From: an uncultured delta proteobacterium
GTDB lineage: Bacteria; Myxococcota; Myxococcia; Myxococcales; Anaeromyxobacteraceae
DNA: 64,000 bases
Direction of reading: 5' to 3'
NCBI GenBank assembly: GCA_963814585.1
Contig: CAWFDF010000012.1
Span: 160,001-224,000 of the forward strand
A program made the translations under genes and the position numbers. The notes beneath the pieces were generated by a model. The model was not told where the DNA came from and ran no database searches. It worked only from the letters and a program-made list of their open reading frames with translations. Shown here in pieces: positions 18,753-28,009 of the stretch. Every line of letters starts with the position of its first letter. Position 1 is the stretch's first letter.

Positions 18753-19462
18753 GCCAGCGGCTTCTGCCCCTCGGCCAGCTCCAGGTACAAGGTGGCGTTG
18801 CGGTTCCCCGGGCTGATGGCCAGCACCGCCTTCCACTGCTCGGCCGCCTCCTCCTTGCGCCCGGCCGCCAGCAGGCTCAGGCCCAGGTTGAGCCGGGCCG
18901 GCACGTAGGTCGGGCTCTGCTTGATGACCTGCTCGTACTCGGTCATGGCGGCGTCGCGCTCGCCGGCGTCGCGCAGCGCGCCCGCCAGCCGGGCCCGGAT
19001 GTCGGAGAAGGCCGGGCCGAGCGCCAGGGCCCGCCGGTACTCGGCCACCGCCTCCTGGTAGAGCCCGGCCGAGAGGTAGACGTCGGCGATCTCGGCGTAC
19101 ATGTTGGCCAGCTTGCCCGCCACGAAGCGGTCGAGCTTGGTCTCGGTGGCGCCGGAGCGGGAGAGCGCGTGCCGGTAGGTCTCCTGGGCGTCCTTGTAGC
19201 GGCCGGTGTCGTTGTAGGTGACGGCCAGGTTGAGGGCGGCGTCGGTGTAGCCGGGGTTGATGCGGAGCGCCGCCTCGAAGGAGCGCTGGGCTTTCTGGTA
19301 CAGCCCCTGGTCGTGGTAGACGACGCCGAGCATGTTGTAGACGTCGGCGAACGACTGGTTCTTCTCGACCACCTCGGTGAGGTACTGCTCGGCGAGCGCG
19401 TACTCCCGCTTCAGGTAGTAGCCGCGCCCCAGCGCCAGGGCCTGCTTCAGGGTCTCGTCCAT
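18749..19462 (-). CDS. Tetratricopeptide repeat protein
   Basis: Multiple TPR motifs (ADVYNMLGVVY, ALRINPGYTDAALNLA, ARLNLGLSL). Confidence 0.88.
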   Translation of the reverse strand: MDETLKQALALGRGYYLKREYALAEQYLTEVVEKNQSFADVYNMLGVVYHDQGLYQKAQRSFEAALRINPGYTDAALNLAVTYNDTGRYKDAQETYRHALSRSGATETKLDRFVAGKLANMYAEIADVYLSAGLYQEAVAEYRRALALGPAFSDIRARLAGALRDAGERDAAMTEYEQVIKQSPTYVPARLNLGLSLLAAGRKEEAAEQWKAVLAISPGNRNATLYLELAEGQKPLA

Positions 19463-19491
19463 GTCGACCGTTCCTCCCGCGATGAGCGACT

Positions 19492-20268
19492 CTACATCAG
19501 CCCGTCGACGATGACCCAACGGCCGTCCTCCTCGGCGAGCTCGAGCCGGGCCCGCAGCGGCGACTCCGGACCCTCCCCGACCCGCACCCGCTCGTCCTCG
19601 CCCACCACCACCCGCCCCGGCTCCACCCGCACCTGCCAGGCCGTGACGGTCAGCGTGGCGGCGGCCCCGGACCCGAGGTCGCGGGCCAGCTGGGCCAGGA
19701 CGGCCGCCCGGCCGCCCGCCCCGCGGTAGCGCGCCCCCACCAGCCGGCCATAGGCGGCGGCGTCACGGGCATTGAAGGCGTCGATGCGCCGGAAGAGGAT
19801 CGGCAGCACCCGCTTCAGCTCGGCCAGCTGCCGGCCGTCGGCGCACCACCCGCCCAGGTCGCACGGGGTCATGGAGAACCGCTCGCGGCCGACGTAGGTG
19901 ACGCGGATCCTCCCGCGGCGCCAGTCGATGGCCCCCTCCCCCTCCACCATGGCCACCACCTGGGCCCGCTCCCCCTCGACGGTGATGGCGAGGTCGCCGA
20001 AGCGCACCCCGGTGAGCTCCAGGGTGCCGCCGGCGTCGAAGCCGTAGACGTCGGAGAGGTGGAGGCTCCGCTGGCGCGCCAGCGCGGCGCGGACCCGGGT
20101 CTCGGGGTCGGCCACCGCCCCGGCCAGCCGCGGCGTGGCGTCGCGGAGCCACCAGCCGGCTCCGAGGACCAGCAGCACCAGCGCCACCGGGAAGAGGAAC
20201 GGGGCGCCCTGTCGGGCCTGGAGCAGCCGGCCGAGGGCTCGCCGCGGAGCCTTAGCGGAGCTGCCCAA
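19492..20268 (-). CDS. Membrane-anchored hypothetical protein (possible NTF2-like folds); start uncertain
   Basis: N-terminal TM segment FLFPVALVLLVLGAGWW; ends LAEEDGRWVIVDGLM; fills the gap in the operon. Confidence 0.6.
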   Translation of the reverse strand: MGSSAKAPRRALGRLLQARQGAPFLFPVALVLLVLGAGWWLRDATPRLAGAVADPETRVRAALARQRSLHLSDVYGFDAGGTLELTGVRFGDLAITVEGERAQVVAMVEGEGAIDWRRGRIRVTYVGRERFSMTPCDLGGWCADGRQLAELKRVLPILFRRIDAFNARDAAAYGRLVGARYRGAGGRAAVLAQLARDLGSGAAATLTVTAWQVRVEPGRVVVGEDERVRVGEGPESPLRARLELAEEDGRWVIVDGLM

Positions 20269-21028
20269 GCAGCTTCTCCGCCTCGTACCGCCGCGGGTCC
20301 TGCGGGTACCGCGCGATCAGCTTCTGCAGCGCCTGCTGGGCGCGGAACTTCTCGTCGAGCCTGGCGTAGGCGTAGCCCATCCGCATCAGCGCCTCGGGCT
20401 CCTGCGGCGTGCCCGGGTACTCGCGCACCAGGGTCTCGTAGCGCATGGCGGCCCCGGCCCAGCGCTCCCGCTTCCAGTAGAACTCACCGACGTAGGCCTC
20501 GTGATCCGCCAGCCGCTTCTGCGCCTCGGCCAGCAGCGTCCGGGCCTCGGGGACCTGGGCGGCCTCGGGCCGCTGCTTGAGGAAGGCGACCAGGAGGTCG
20601 GCCGCCGCCCGCAGCGCCTTCTGGTCCTTCTCGGCGGTCCTGGGGAAGAGGAGGAACTCGGTGGGGGCGTCGTCGTAGCGCGCCCGCGCGGCGCGGAAGG
20701 CGGCGTAGTCGACGTTCTCGTGGGTGGGGTGGGCGGTGACGAAGGCCGAGTAGGCCTCGGAGGCCTCCAGGAAGCGGCTCTGCAGGTACTTGGAGTCGGC
20801 CTGGCGCAGCTCGGCCAGCGCCGCGTACCTGGAGAACGGGTACTTGGTCCGGACGTGCTCGTAGAACTTGCCGGCCTCGATCCAGTTCTCCTTCTTCATC
20901 TCGTCGAGCCCGGCCTCGTAGTTCTCCTCGGGGGTCCTGGCGTAGCGGATCTCGCCGGTGAACGAGACGCGGCCGCTGGCGCAGGCCAGCAGCGGGAGCA
21001 TGGCGACGAGGAGCATCCGGGTGCGCAT
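20252..21028 (-). CDS. bamD: Outer membrane protein assembly factor BamD
   Basis: Lipobox LLAC, KYPFSRYAALAEL, HPTHENVDYA, LADHEAYVGEFY, YPGTPQEPEAL. Confidence 0.88.
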   Translation of the reverse strand: MRTRMLLVAMLPLLACASGRVSFTGEIRYARTPEENYEAGLDEMKKENWIEAGKFYEHVRTKYPFSRYAALAELRQADSKYLQSRFLEASEAYSAFVTAHPTHENVDYAAFRAARARYDDAPTEFLLFPRTAEKDQKALRAAADLLVAFLKQRPEAAQVPEARTLLAEAQKRLADHEAYVGEFYWKRERWAGAAMRYETLVREYPGTPQEPEALMRMGYAYARLDEKFRAQQALQKLIARYPQDPRRYEAEKLLGQLR

Positions 21029-21106
21029 GAGGAGGCGGAACATAGCCCAGAACCGATGGCGGCGCATCGCTCGGCGGGGGCTCGCCAGGCCCGCCTGGAG
21101 ACCGCT

Positions 21107-21607
21107 TCAGCCCTCGTCCAGGTCCCGGGCCGCGAGGTCCCCCAGCACCCTCGCCACCGCCCCGCCGGAGAAGCCACGCCCGAGCAGGAAGCGGGCCAGC
21201 CGGGCGCGCGCCCGGGGGTCCAGCCGGTCGAGCGGGGTGCCCCGGGCCCGCCGCACCGCCAGGGCCCGGCACAGGGCGGCCTCCCCGCCCGGCGCCTCCG
21301 CCTCCAGGGCTCCGGCCACCGCCGCCCTCGCCTCGCCGGCGCCGACCCCGGCCCGCAGGAGCCGCCGCTCGGCGACGCGCGGACCAACCCGTCCCGAGGC
21401 GATCAGGCTGCGGGCCCGTCCGCGCGCGTAGGCCCCATCGTCGAGGTACCGCAGGTCCCGCAGCCACCCGACCACGGCGTCGGCCTGCCCGGCCAGGTCG
21501 GCCTTCCCGAGGCGGGACCGGACCTGCGCCTCGGTGCGCGCGGCCGCGGCCAGGTAGCGGAGCGCCAGCGCCCGGGCCCGCTGCAGCGGCGGCTGGCCGG
21601 GCTTCAC
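21107..21607 (-). CDS. recX: Regulatory protein RecX
   Basis: ALRYLAAAARTEAQVRSRL, YLDDGAYA, GPRVAERRL, RFLLGRGFS. Confidence 0.85.
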   Translation of the reverse strand: MKPGQPPLQRARALALRYLAAAARTEAQVRSRLGKADLAGQADAVVGWLRDLRYLDDGAYARGRARSLIASGRVGPRVAERRLLRAGVGAGEARAAVAGALEAEAPGGEAALCRALAVRRARGTPLDRLDPRARARLARFLLGRGFSGGAVARVLGDLAARDLDEG

Positions 21608-21623
21608 CGAGGCGCGGGTGGCC

Positions 21624-22922
21624 TCAGAACCGCTCGATCTGGAAGTCGTCGTCGCCACCGGCCGCGCCACCTCCGGAGCCCTCCGGTCCAGGCGGCTTGG
21701 CGGGCTGGACCCTCCCCAGCGCGATGCCGGGCTGGGCCGGCGGCCCGGCGGCGGGACGCGGCGGGGCGACGCGCGGGGCCGCCCGCGGGGCCGCGGCGGC
21801 CGGGAGGGGCTCGGACCTGGTCTCGAACCCGTCCCACTTCGAGTCGCTGGTGCCACTGACGCCGGAGACGCGCAGCGCGAAGTCGTCCGGGTTGGTGGCC
21901 TGCCGCAGCGCCTCCTCGTAGGTGATGAGGTTCGACTTGAGCAGGGACATCAGCGACTGGTCGAAGGTCTGCATCCCGTAGCTGACGTGCCCCTGGGCGA
22001 TGGCGTCCGGGATCTCCTTGGTCCGGTCCTTGTCCTCGATCATCTCGCGCACGCGGCTGGTGCAGAGCAGCACCTCGATGGCCGGCACCCGCCCCTTGCC
22101 GTCGGCGCGCGGCACCAGCCGCTGCGAGATGACGCCTCGAAGCACCGAGCCGAGCTGCAGCCGGACCTGCTTCTGCTGGTAGGGGGGAAAGACGGAGATG
22201 ATGCGGTTGATGGTCTCGGTGGCGTCGAGGGTGTGGAGCGTCGACATCACCAGGTGGCCGGTCTCGGCGGCGGTGAGCGCGGTCTCGATGGTCTCGAGGT
22301 CGCGCATCTCGCCCACCAGGATGACGTCGGGATCCTGGCGCAGGGCGCTCTTGAGGGCCTGCGCGAAGCTCATGGTGTCGACGCCGACCTCGCGCTGGTT
22401 CACGATCGACCGCTTGTCGCGGATGAGGAACTCGATGGGATCCTCGATGGTCATGATGTGGCAGGTCTCGGTGGCGTTGATGTGGTCGATCATCGCCGCC
22501 AGCGTGGTCGACTTGCCCGAGCCGGTGGTGCCGGTGACCAGCACCAGCCCGCGCTGCTCGCCGGCGATCTTCTCCAGCACCTTGGGCAGCATGAGCTGCT
22601 CGATCGACTGGATCTTGAAGGGGATGACGCGGAGCACGACGCCGATGGTGCCGCGCTGCTGGAAGACGTTGACGCGGAAGCGCCCCAGCCCGGGCACGCC
22701 GTAGGCCAGGTCCACCTCGTTGGTCTGCTTGTACTTCTCGCGCTGGTACTCGTTCATGATCCCGAGCGCCATCCGCTGGATCTCCTCGGGCGGCAGCCGG
22801 CGGGCGTCCTTGAGCGGCACCAGCCCGCCGTCCACCCGGAACATCGGGGGGAGCCCGGCCTTGAGGTGGATGTCGCTGGCGCCGGCGCGGAGGGCGACCT
22901 GCAGGATCTCGTTGAGTTCCAT
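21624..22922 (-). CDS. pilT: PilT/PilU-family type IV pilus ATPase
   Basis: ASDIHLKAG, GTTGSGKSTTL, TIEDPIEF, ALRQDPDVILVGEMRD, TGHLVMSTLH; Pro-rich C-terminal extension. Confidence 0.9.
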   Translation of the reverse strand: MELNEILQVALRAGASDIHLKAGLPPMFRVDGGLVPLKDARRLPPEEIQRMALGIMNEYQREKYKQTNEVDLAYGVPGLGRFRVNVFQQRGTIGVVLRVIPFKIQSIEQLMLPKVLEKIAGEQRGLVLVTGTTGSGKSTTLAAMIDHINATETCHIMTIEDPIEFLIRDKRSIVNQREVGVDTMSFAQALKSALRQDPDVILVGEMRDLETIETALTAAETGHLVMSTLHTLDATETINRIISVFPPYQQKQVRLQLGSVLRGVISQRLVPRADGKGRVPAIEVLLCTSRVREMIEDKDRTKEIPDAIAQGHVSYGMQTFDQSLMSLLKSNLITYEEALRQATNPDDFALRVSGVSGTSDSKWDGFETRSEPLPAAAAPRAAPRVAPPRPAAGPPAQPGIALGRVQPAKPPGPEGSGGGAAGGDDDFQIERF

Positions 22923-23011
22923 CGCCCGGCGAGGGTAACACCCCGATCCGGGGCGGTCCAATGCGGTCGCGCGGCTCGGGCGAGAGGCGATACCGGCCTG
23001 CCCGTGACCCG

Positions 23012-23050
23012 AAAACGACGAACGGCCGGACACCCGTGGGGTGCCGGCCG
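23012..23050 (-). terminator. Intrinsic terminator after rpsI
   Basis: CGGCCGG-CACCC-CAC-GGGTG-T-CCGGCCG stem followed by TTCGTCGTTTT. Confidence 0.7.
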
Positions 23051-23076
23051 CCGGGTGGAGCCGAGGTTCGAGGCGG

Positions 23077-23469
23077 CTAGCGCTTCGAGAACTGGAACCG
23101 CTTGCGGGCGCCGGGGCGGCCGTACTTCTTGCGCTCGACGGCGCGGGCGTCGCGGGTGAGGAAGCCCGCCTTCTTCAGGACCGGGCGGAACTCGGCGTTC
23201 AGCTCGACCAGGGCGCGGCTGATGCCGTGGCGGATGGCGCCAGCCTGGCCGGAGAGCCCGCCGCCGTTGGCGGTGACCAGGACGTCGACCTTGCCGAGCT
23301 GGTCCACGAGCTTGAGCGGCTCGATGAGGATCATCTTGGAGGTCTCGCGCCCGAAGTACTCGTCCATGGGCCGGCCGTTGATGGTGACGTTGCCGGTGCC
23401 GGGGACGAGGCGGACGCGCGCCACGGACTCCTTGCGGCGGCCGACGTTGATCTGGACCTGGGTGGCCAT
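23077..23469 (-). CDS. rpsI: 30S ribosomal protein S9
   Basis: [35 protein letters not shown]. Confidence 0.98.
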   Translation of the reverse strand: MATQVQINVGRRKESVARVRLVPGTGNVTINGRPMDEYFGRETSKMILIEPLKLVDQLGKVDVLVTANGGGLSGQAGAIRHGISRALVELNAEFRPVLKKAGFLTRDARAVERKKYGRPGARKRFQFSKR

Positions 23470-23477
23470 TCAGTTCC

Positions 23478-23924
23478 TCACTTCGAAAGGACGAGCGGCT
23501 GCGGCTTCTGCGCGGCGTGCGGGTGGGTGTCGCCCGCGTAGACCTTCAGCTTGGTCATCATCTGCCGGCCCAGCGCGCTGCGGGGCAGCATGCGCTTGAC
23601 GGCGTTGACCAGCGGGCCCGTGGGGTGCTTCTGCCGGAGCTTGTCCGGAGGCGTGAGCTTCTCGCCGCCCGGGTGCATGGTGTGCGTGAAGTACAGCTTG
23701 TCCGTCTCCTTCTTGCCGGTGAAGCGGACCTTGTCGGCGTTCACCACCACCACGAAGTCGCCGGTGTCGAGCGAGGGCGTGTAGAGGGGCTTGTGCTTGC
23801 CCTTGAGGATGGTGGCGATGCGGGTGGCGAGCCGGCCGACCGTCTGGTCGGCGCCGTCGACGACCCACCAGGCGCGGCCCTGGAGGGCCTCGTCGCGGGT
23901 GGCGCTGTGCGTGGTTCTGGACAT
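23478..23924 (-). CDS. rplM: 50S ribosomal protein L13
   Basis: GRLATRIATILKGKHKPLYTP, DTGDFVVVVNA, KLKVYAGDTHPHAAQKP. Confidence 0.98.
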   Translation of the reverse strand: MSRTTHSATRDEALQGRAWWVVDGADQTVGRLATRIATILKGKHKPLYTPSLDTGDFVVVVNADKVRFTGKKETDKLYFTHTMHPGGEKLTPPDKLRQKHPTGPLVNAVKRMLPRSALGRQMMTKLKVYAGDTHPHAAQKPQPLVLSK

Positions 23925-23960
23925 GAAAAGACCTGCTTTTCCCGGGGATTTGGAAGGCGC

Positions 23961-23989
23961 GTTCTAGAGGAAGGACGAGCCCTTGTCAA
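23961..23989 (-). promoter_or_regulatory. sigma70 promoter of rplM-rpsI
   Basis: TTGACA-N17-TAGAAC, about 36 nt upstream of the rplM ATG. Confidence 0.7.
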
Positions 23990-24034
23990 GGGTCGTTGGC
24001 CCCGGCCCCTTGGCGGCAGCCCTTCGGGCTCGCT

Positions 24035-24295
24035 ATGACAGCCCGGGTGAGCCTCCCCCGACCGCGCGCCCGGCCGATCGCGCCAGGCATCCTCACGGCC
24101 CCCCGGCGGTTGCCGCTGGCGATCGCCGAGTCGCGCTGCAACCGGTGCGGAGGCTGCTTCACGCTGGGCTGCCCGGCCATCTCCGACCCGGGCGGCGAGG
24201 CCCTGGTGATCGACGAGGCCTCCTGCACCGGCTGCGGCCTGTGCGCGCCGCTCTGCCGGGCGCGCGCCATCGGCCCGGCGCTGCGGGTGCTCTAG
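24035..24295 (+). CDS. Small 2x[4Fe-4S] ferredoxin resembling the IorA C-terminal domain
   Basis: CNRCGGCFTLGCPAI and CTGCGLCAPLC. Confidence 0.75.
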   Translation: MTARVSLPRPRARPIAPGILTAPRRLPLAIAESRCNRCGGCFTLGCPAISDPGGEALVIDEASCTGCGLCAPLCRARAIGPALRVL

Positions 24296-26313
24296 CGGCC
24301 GGCCGCCGCCAGCCTGGCCCGCAGCTCCGCCATCCCGCTCGAGGTGTGGACCGCCAGCTCCTCGGGCGTGGCGGCCATGGCGTCCGGGTCGATGACCTGG
24401 TGCGCCCCGGCGGGCAGGTCCCCGAGGAAGCGCGACGGGGTCCGCAGCAGCACCTTGCCCCGCTTCAGCCGCTGCGTGGCGCGGGTCAGGTAGAGCACCT
24501 CGCGGGCGCGGGTGATGCCCACGTAGGCCAGCCGCCGCTCCTCGTCGAGGTCGCGGGCCTCGCCCTGGATCCCGGCGCTGGGGAGCAGGTCCTCCTCGAC
24601 GCCGACCACGAAGACCACCGGGTACTCCAGCCCCTTGGCGGCGTGGAGCGTCATCAGCGAGATGCCCTGCTCCGCCGCCGGGTCCTCCTCCTCGCGGCTG
24701 TCGAGCGCCAGCCGTTGCAGCCAGGCGGCCAGCGAGCCGCGGGCGTTCCGCCCCTGGTACCACTCCAGCGAGCGCAGGATGCCGTCGATGCCGTCCACCT
24801 TGCGCTGCCCGGCGTCGAGCGAGGCCACCGAGCCGCGAGCCCAGGCGTAGAGGTCGAGCTCCTCGACCAGCCGGCGCGCCGCCGCCAGCAGGTCGCCGCC
24901 GCGGAAGGCGGCCCGGGTCCGGTCGACGAGGGCGACGAACCCGGCGATCCTCTCCGGGGCGCCCCGGGTCAGGCCGGCGACGCGGTCGGCCTGCCGGAAG
25001 GCCTCCAGCAGCGGCAGGGCGTGGGCCACGGCGTGGCCATGGACCTTCTCCACGCTGGCGTCGCCGATCCCGCGCGGCGGCACGTTGACGATGCGGGCCA
25101 GCGAGGTCTCGTCGTCGGGCGTGGCCACCACCTTGAGGTAGGCCAGCAGGTCGCGGACCTCGGAGCGGTCGAAGAAGGCGGAGCCGCCGTGGACCTGGTG
25201 CGGCATCTGGGTCTCGCGGAACGCCTCCTCCAGCGGCCGTGACTGGGCGTTGAGGCGGTAGAGCACGGCGAAGTCGCTCCACGGCCGCCCCTCGCCCCGA
25301 AGCCGGGAGATCTCCCCCGCCACGAAGCGGGCCTCCTCCTCCTCGCCCTGGCAGGCCACCACGCGGACCTGGTCGCCCGGGCCGGCGCTGGTCCAGAGCT
25401 TCTTGGGCTTGCGCGCCGCGTTCCTGGAGATGACCCCGTTGGCGCAGGCCAGGATGTGGCCGGTGGAGCGGTAGTTCTGCTCCAGCCGCACCTCCCGGGC
25501 CCCGGGGAAGTGATGCCCGAAGCGGAGGATGTTCTTCACCTCGGCGCCCCGCCAGCCGTAGATGGCCTGATCGTCGTCGCCCACGGCGCAGACGTTCCGG
25601 CGCTCCCCGGCCAGCAGCTTGAGCAGCTCCAGCTGGCAGGCGTTGGTGTCCTGGTACTCGTCCACCAGCAGGTGGCTGAAGCGGGCCTGGTACTCCTGGC
25701 GCAGCGCCGCGTCCCTCCTGAGCAGCTCGACGGGGCGGGCGATGAGATCGTCGAAGTCGACGGCCCGCTGGGCGCGGAGCGCCTGCTGGTAGCGCGGGAA
25801 GACCTCGGCGGCGATGAGATCGTAGTCGTCCCCCTGCCCTTCCGGCCTCGGGACGATCCGCTTCTTGAGGGCGTTCTTGGCCCTGGAGATCTGCCAGAGC
25901 ACCCGGCGCGGGTCGAAGGCCCGGTCGTCCACCTTCACCTCGCGCATGCAGCGCTTCACCAGCGCCTGCTGGTCGCCGGCGTCGGCGATGGCGAACCGCC
26001 TGGGCAGGCCGGCGGCCAGGTGCTCCTCGGAGAGCAGCCAGAGGCCGAAGGCGTGGAAGGTGGCGACCCGCACCTCGGTCCCGGCGTGGCCGGCCAGGTG
26101 GGCCACCCGCTCCCGCATCTCGGCGGCGGCCTTGTTGGTGAAGGTGACGGCGAGGATGGCGCGCGGATCGAGCCCCTGCTGGATGAGCCAGGCGACGCGG
26201 TGGGCGATGACGCGGGTCTTGCCCGAGCCGGCGCCGGCCAGCACCAGCAGCGGCCCCTCGGTGGTCTTCACCGCGTCGAGCTGGGGCGGGTTGAGGGTGG
26301 AGAGGTCGAGCAT
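24292..26313 (-). CDS. UvrD/Rep/PcrA superfamily 1 DNA helicase
   Basis: LAGAGSGKT, LVDEYQDTN, VGDDDQAIYGWRGA, LEQNYRS, TLHAAKGLEY, EERRLAYVGITRA. Confidence 0.95.
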   Translation of the reverse strand: MLDLSTLNPPQLDAVKTTEGPLLVLAGAGSGKTRVIAHRVAWLIQQGLDPRAILAVTFTNKAAAEMRERVAHLAGHAGTEVRVATFHAFGLWLLSEEHLAAGLPRRFAIADAGDQQALVKRCMREVKVDDRAFDPRRVLWQISRAKNALKKRIVPRPEGQGDDYDLIAAEVFPRYQQALRAQRAVDFDDLIARPVELLRRDAALRQEYQARFSHLLVDEYQDTNACQLELLKLLAGERRNVCAVGDDDQAIYGWRGAEVKNILRFGHHFPGAREVRLEQNYRSTGHILACANGVISRNAARKPKKLWTSAGPGDQVRVVACQGEEEEARFVAGEISRLRGEGRPWSDFAVLYRLNAQSRPLEEAFRETQMPHQVHGGSAFFDRSEVRDLLAYLKVVATPDDETSLARIVNVPPRGIGDASVEKVHGHAVAHALPLLEAFRQADRVAGLTRGAPERIAGFVALVDRTRAAFRGGDLLAAARRLVEELDLYAWARGSVASLDAGQRKVDGIDGILRSLEWYQGRNARGSLAAWLQRLALDSREEEDPAAEQGISLMTLHAAKGLEYPVVFVVGVEEDLLPSAGIQGEARDLDEERRLAYVGITRAREVLYLTRATQRLKRGKVLLRTPSRFLGDLPAGAHQVIDPDAMAATPEELAVHTSSGMAELRARLAAAGR

Positions 26314-26391
26314 CGAGGGGCGTGACGGCGGGCGTGAGGCGGTTCTCACACGCCGGGCCGGGGCGAACAAGCCTTGACAGGCCGGAGCGGG

Positions 26392-27288
26392 TCAGGGGAC
26401 GCGCTCGAGCGCCGACAGCGCCGCCACCAGGTCGGCGGGGAGCGGCGCCTGCACGTCGACCCGGCCGCCGGCCGGCGATGGGAAGGCCAGCCGGGCGGCG
26501 TGGAGCGCCTGGCGCTGGATCAGCTCCGAGGCCAGGCCGTAGACCAGGTCGCCGAGCACCGGGTGGCCGGCCTCGGCCAGCTGGACCCGGATCTGGTGGG
26601 TCCGGCCGGTGTCGAGCGTCACGCGGAGCAGGGCCGCGTCCCGAAGCCGCCGCTCCACGCGCCAGGAGAGGCGCGCTCGCCGCGCCGAGCGGACCAGGGT
26701 GGTGAAGCGCCGGGCGTCGCGGGGGTCGCGGCCATAGGGCGTGTCGAGCGCCTGCTGGTCGGGTGGCGCCCCGGCCACCAGCGCCAGGTACTCCTTCTCC
26801 ACCTGCCCCTCCTCGAAGGCCCGCCGCAGCGCCTGCAGCGCCAGGTCGTTGCGGGCCAGCATCAGGCACCCGCTGGTCTGGGCGTCGAGCCGGTGGGGCA
26901 GGCCGGGGAGGTTGCGGCCCGCCACGTCGAACCCGCCCAGCCGGCTCAGCGCCGAGACCACCGACGGCCCGCCCGGCTTGACCGGCTCCACCGGCAGCCC
27001 CGCCACCTTGTCCACCACCAGGCAGGCCGCGTCGTCGTGGAGGATGGTCAGGTCGGGGCCGGCGGCATCGCCCGGCCGGATGGTCCGGGGAGGCGGCAGC
27101 GCCACCTCCACCTCCTCGCCGCCGAAGAGCTTGCGGACCGGGGAGCAGGTCTTCCCCCGGATCCGGACCCGCCCCTGGTCGATGAGCCAGCGGGCGCGCT
27201 CGACCTGCAGCCCGAGCCTCGTCGCCAGCCAGCGGTCGAGCCGGGCGCCGGCGTCGGAGTACGGGACCAGGAGCGGGGCGTCGGCCAC
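26392..27288 (-). CDS. RluA/RluD-family pseudouridine synthase with S4 domain
   Basis: RLDRWLA, HRLDAQTSG, TGRTHQIRVQLA, GDLVYG, QALHA. Confidence 0.92.
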   Translation of the reverse strand: MADAPLLVPYSDAGARLDRWLATRLGLQVERARWLIDQGRVRIRGKTCSPVRKLFGGEEVEVALPPPRTIRPGDAAGPDLTILHDDAACLVVDKVAGLPVEPVKPGGPSVVSALSRLGGFDVAGRNLPGLPHRLDAQTSGCLMLARNDLALQALRRAFEEGQVEKEYLALVAGAPPDQQALDTPYGRDPRDARRFTTLVRSARRARLSWRVERRLRDAALLRVTLDTGRTHQIRVQLAEAGHPVLGDLVYGLASELIQRQALHAARLAFPSPAGGRVDVQAPLPADLVAALSALERVP

Positions 27289-27314
27289 GGCCCGGCTCTA
27301 CCACGCCGCCGGAC

Positions 27315-27354
27315 AAAGCGAAGCGCCCCGGTCCCTGGATGGGACGCGGGGCGC
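27315..27354 (-). terminator. Putative intrinsic terminator
   Basis: GCGCCCCG..GTCCC/GGGAC..CGGGGCGC hairpin followed by TTCGCTTT on the minus strand. Confidence 0.55.
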
Positions 27355-27385
27355 CGCGAGGCCGCCGGTGGTGGGCGCGGTCGCG

Positions 27386-27721
27386 CTACGGCTCATGTCC
27401 GGCCGGCGTCGGGTGCTCGGCGTCGACGTGGTCCTCGCGGGACCGGGTCAGGGCGGCCACGGCCGCGCCGGCCACGGCGCCGACCGTCGCGAAGAGGGAG
27501 GCCACCGCCGCCACGCCGATCACCATGCCGCCGACGATGAAGGCCCGGACCGCGAAGGAGGCATCCACCGGGGTCCCGAAGATGCCGCCGGCCAGCAGCA
27601 CCCCGGCGTAGCCGCCGTAGAGGATGGAGGGGAGCAGGCCGACGGCCAGGAAGATGGCGAGGCCGATGCCGGCGCCGACGAGGGTGAAGGTCTTGCTGGT
27701 ATTCTTCCGGGTGGTGGTCAT
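27386..27721 (-). CDS. Small Gly/Ala-rich membrane protein
   Basis: GGAGG RBS; MTTTRKNTSKTFTLVGAGIGLAIFLAVGLLPSILYGGYAG... with 2-3 hydrophobic segments. Confidence 0.75.
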   Translation of the reverse strand: MTTTRKNTSKTFTLVGAGIGLAIFLAVGLLPSILYGGYAGVLLAGGIFGTPVDASFAVRAFIVGGMVIGVAAVASLFATVGAVAGAAVAALTRSREDHVDAEHPTPAGHEP

Positions 27722-27771
27722 GGCGTCCTCCGCGATGGTGGGCCCGTTCATCGGCGCCCGAGCCTGGATAC

Positions 27772-27787
27772 TGCACCTGCCTTGCCA
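27772..27787 (-). promoter_or_regulatory. Putative sigma54 promoter
   Basis: TGGCAAGGCAGGTGCA, GG-N10-GC spacing, about 50 nt upstream of ATG 27721. Confidence 0.55.
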
Positions 27788-28009
27788 GCAGCCGGCGCAC
27801 CGGATCTCGGGAGCTTGGCGACCGGACTGTCGGGGATTCCCGACGGGGCCCCAGGTGGGGGCCGACGTCCTGGTCACGGATCCAGCCCCGGATGGAGCCC
27901 AGCCGGAACCCCGGCCGGCGTCCTGGAGGCCGCCGGGGGGACACGCTGCCGGTCGAGACGGCGCCTTGCGCCTGCGGCCCCGGGGAGCCACGGGCCCGGC
28001 TCGCGGCCG

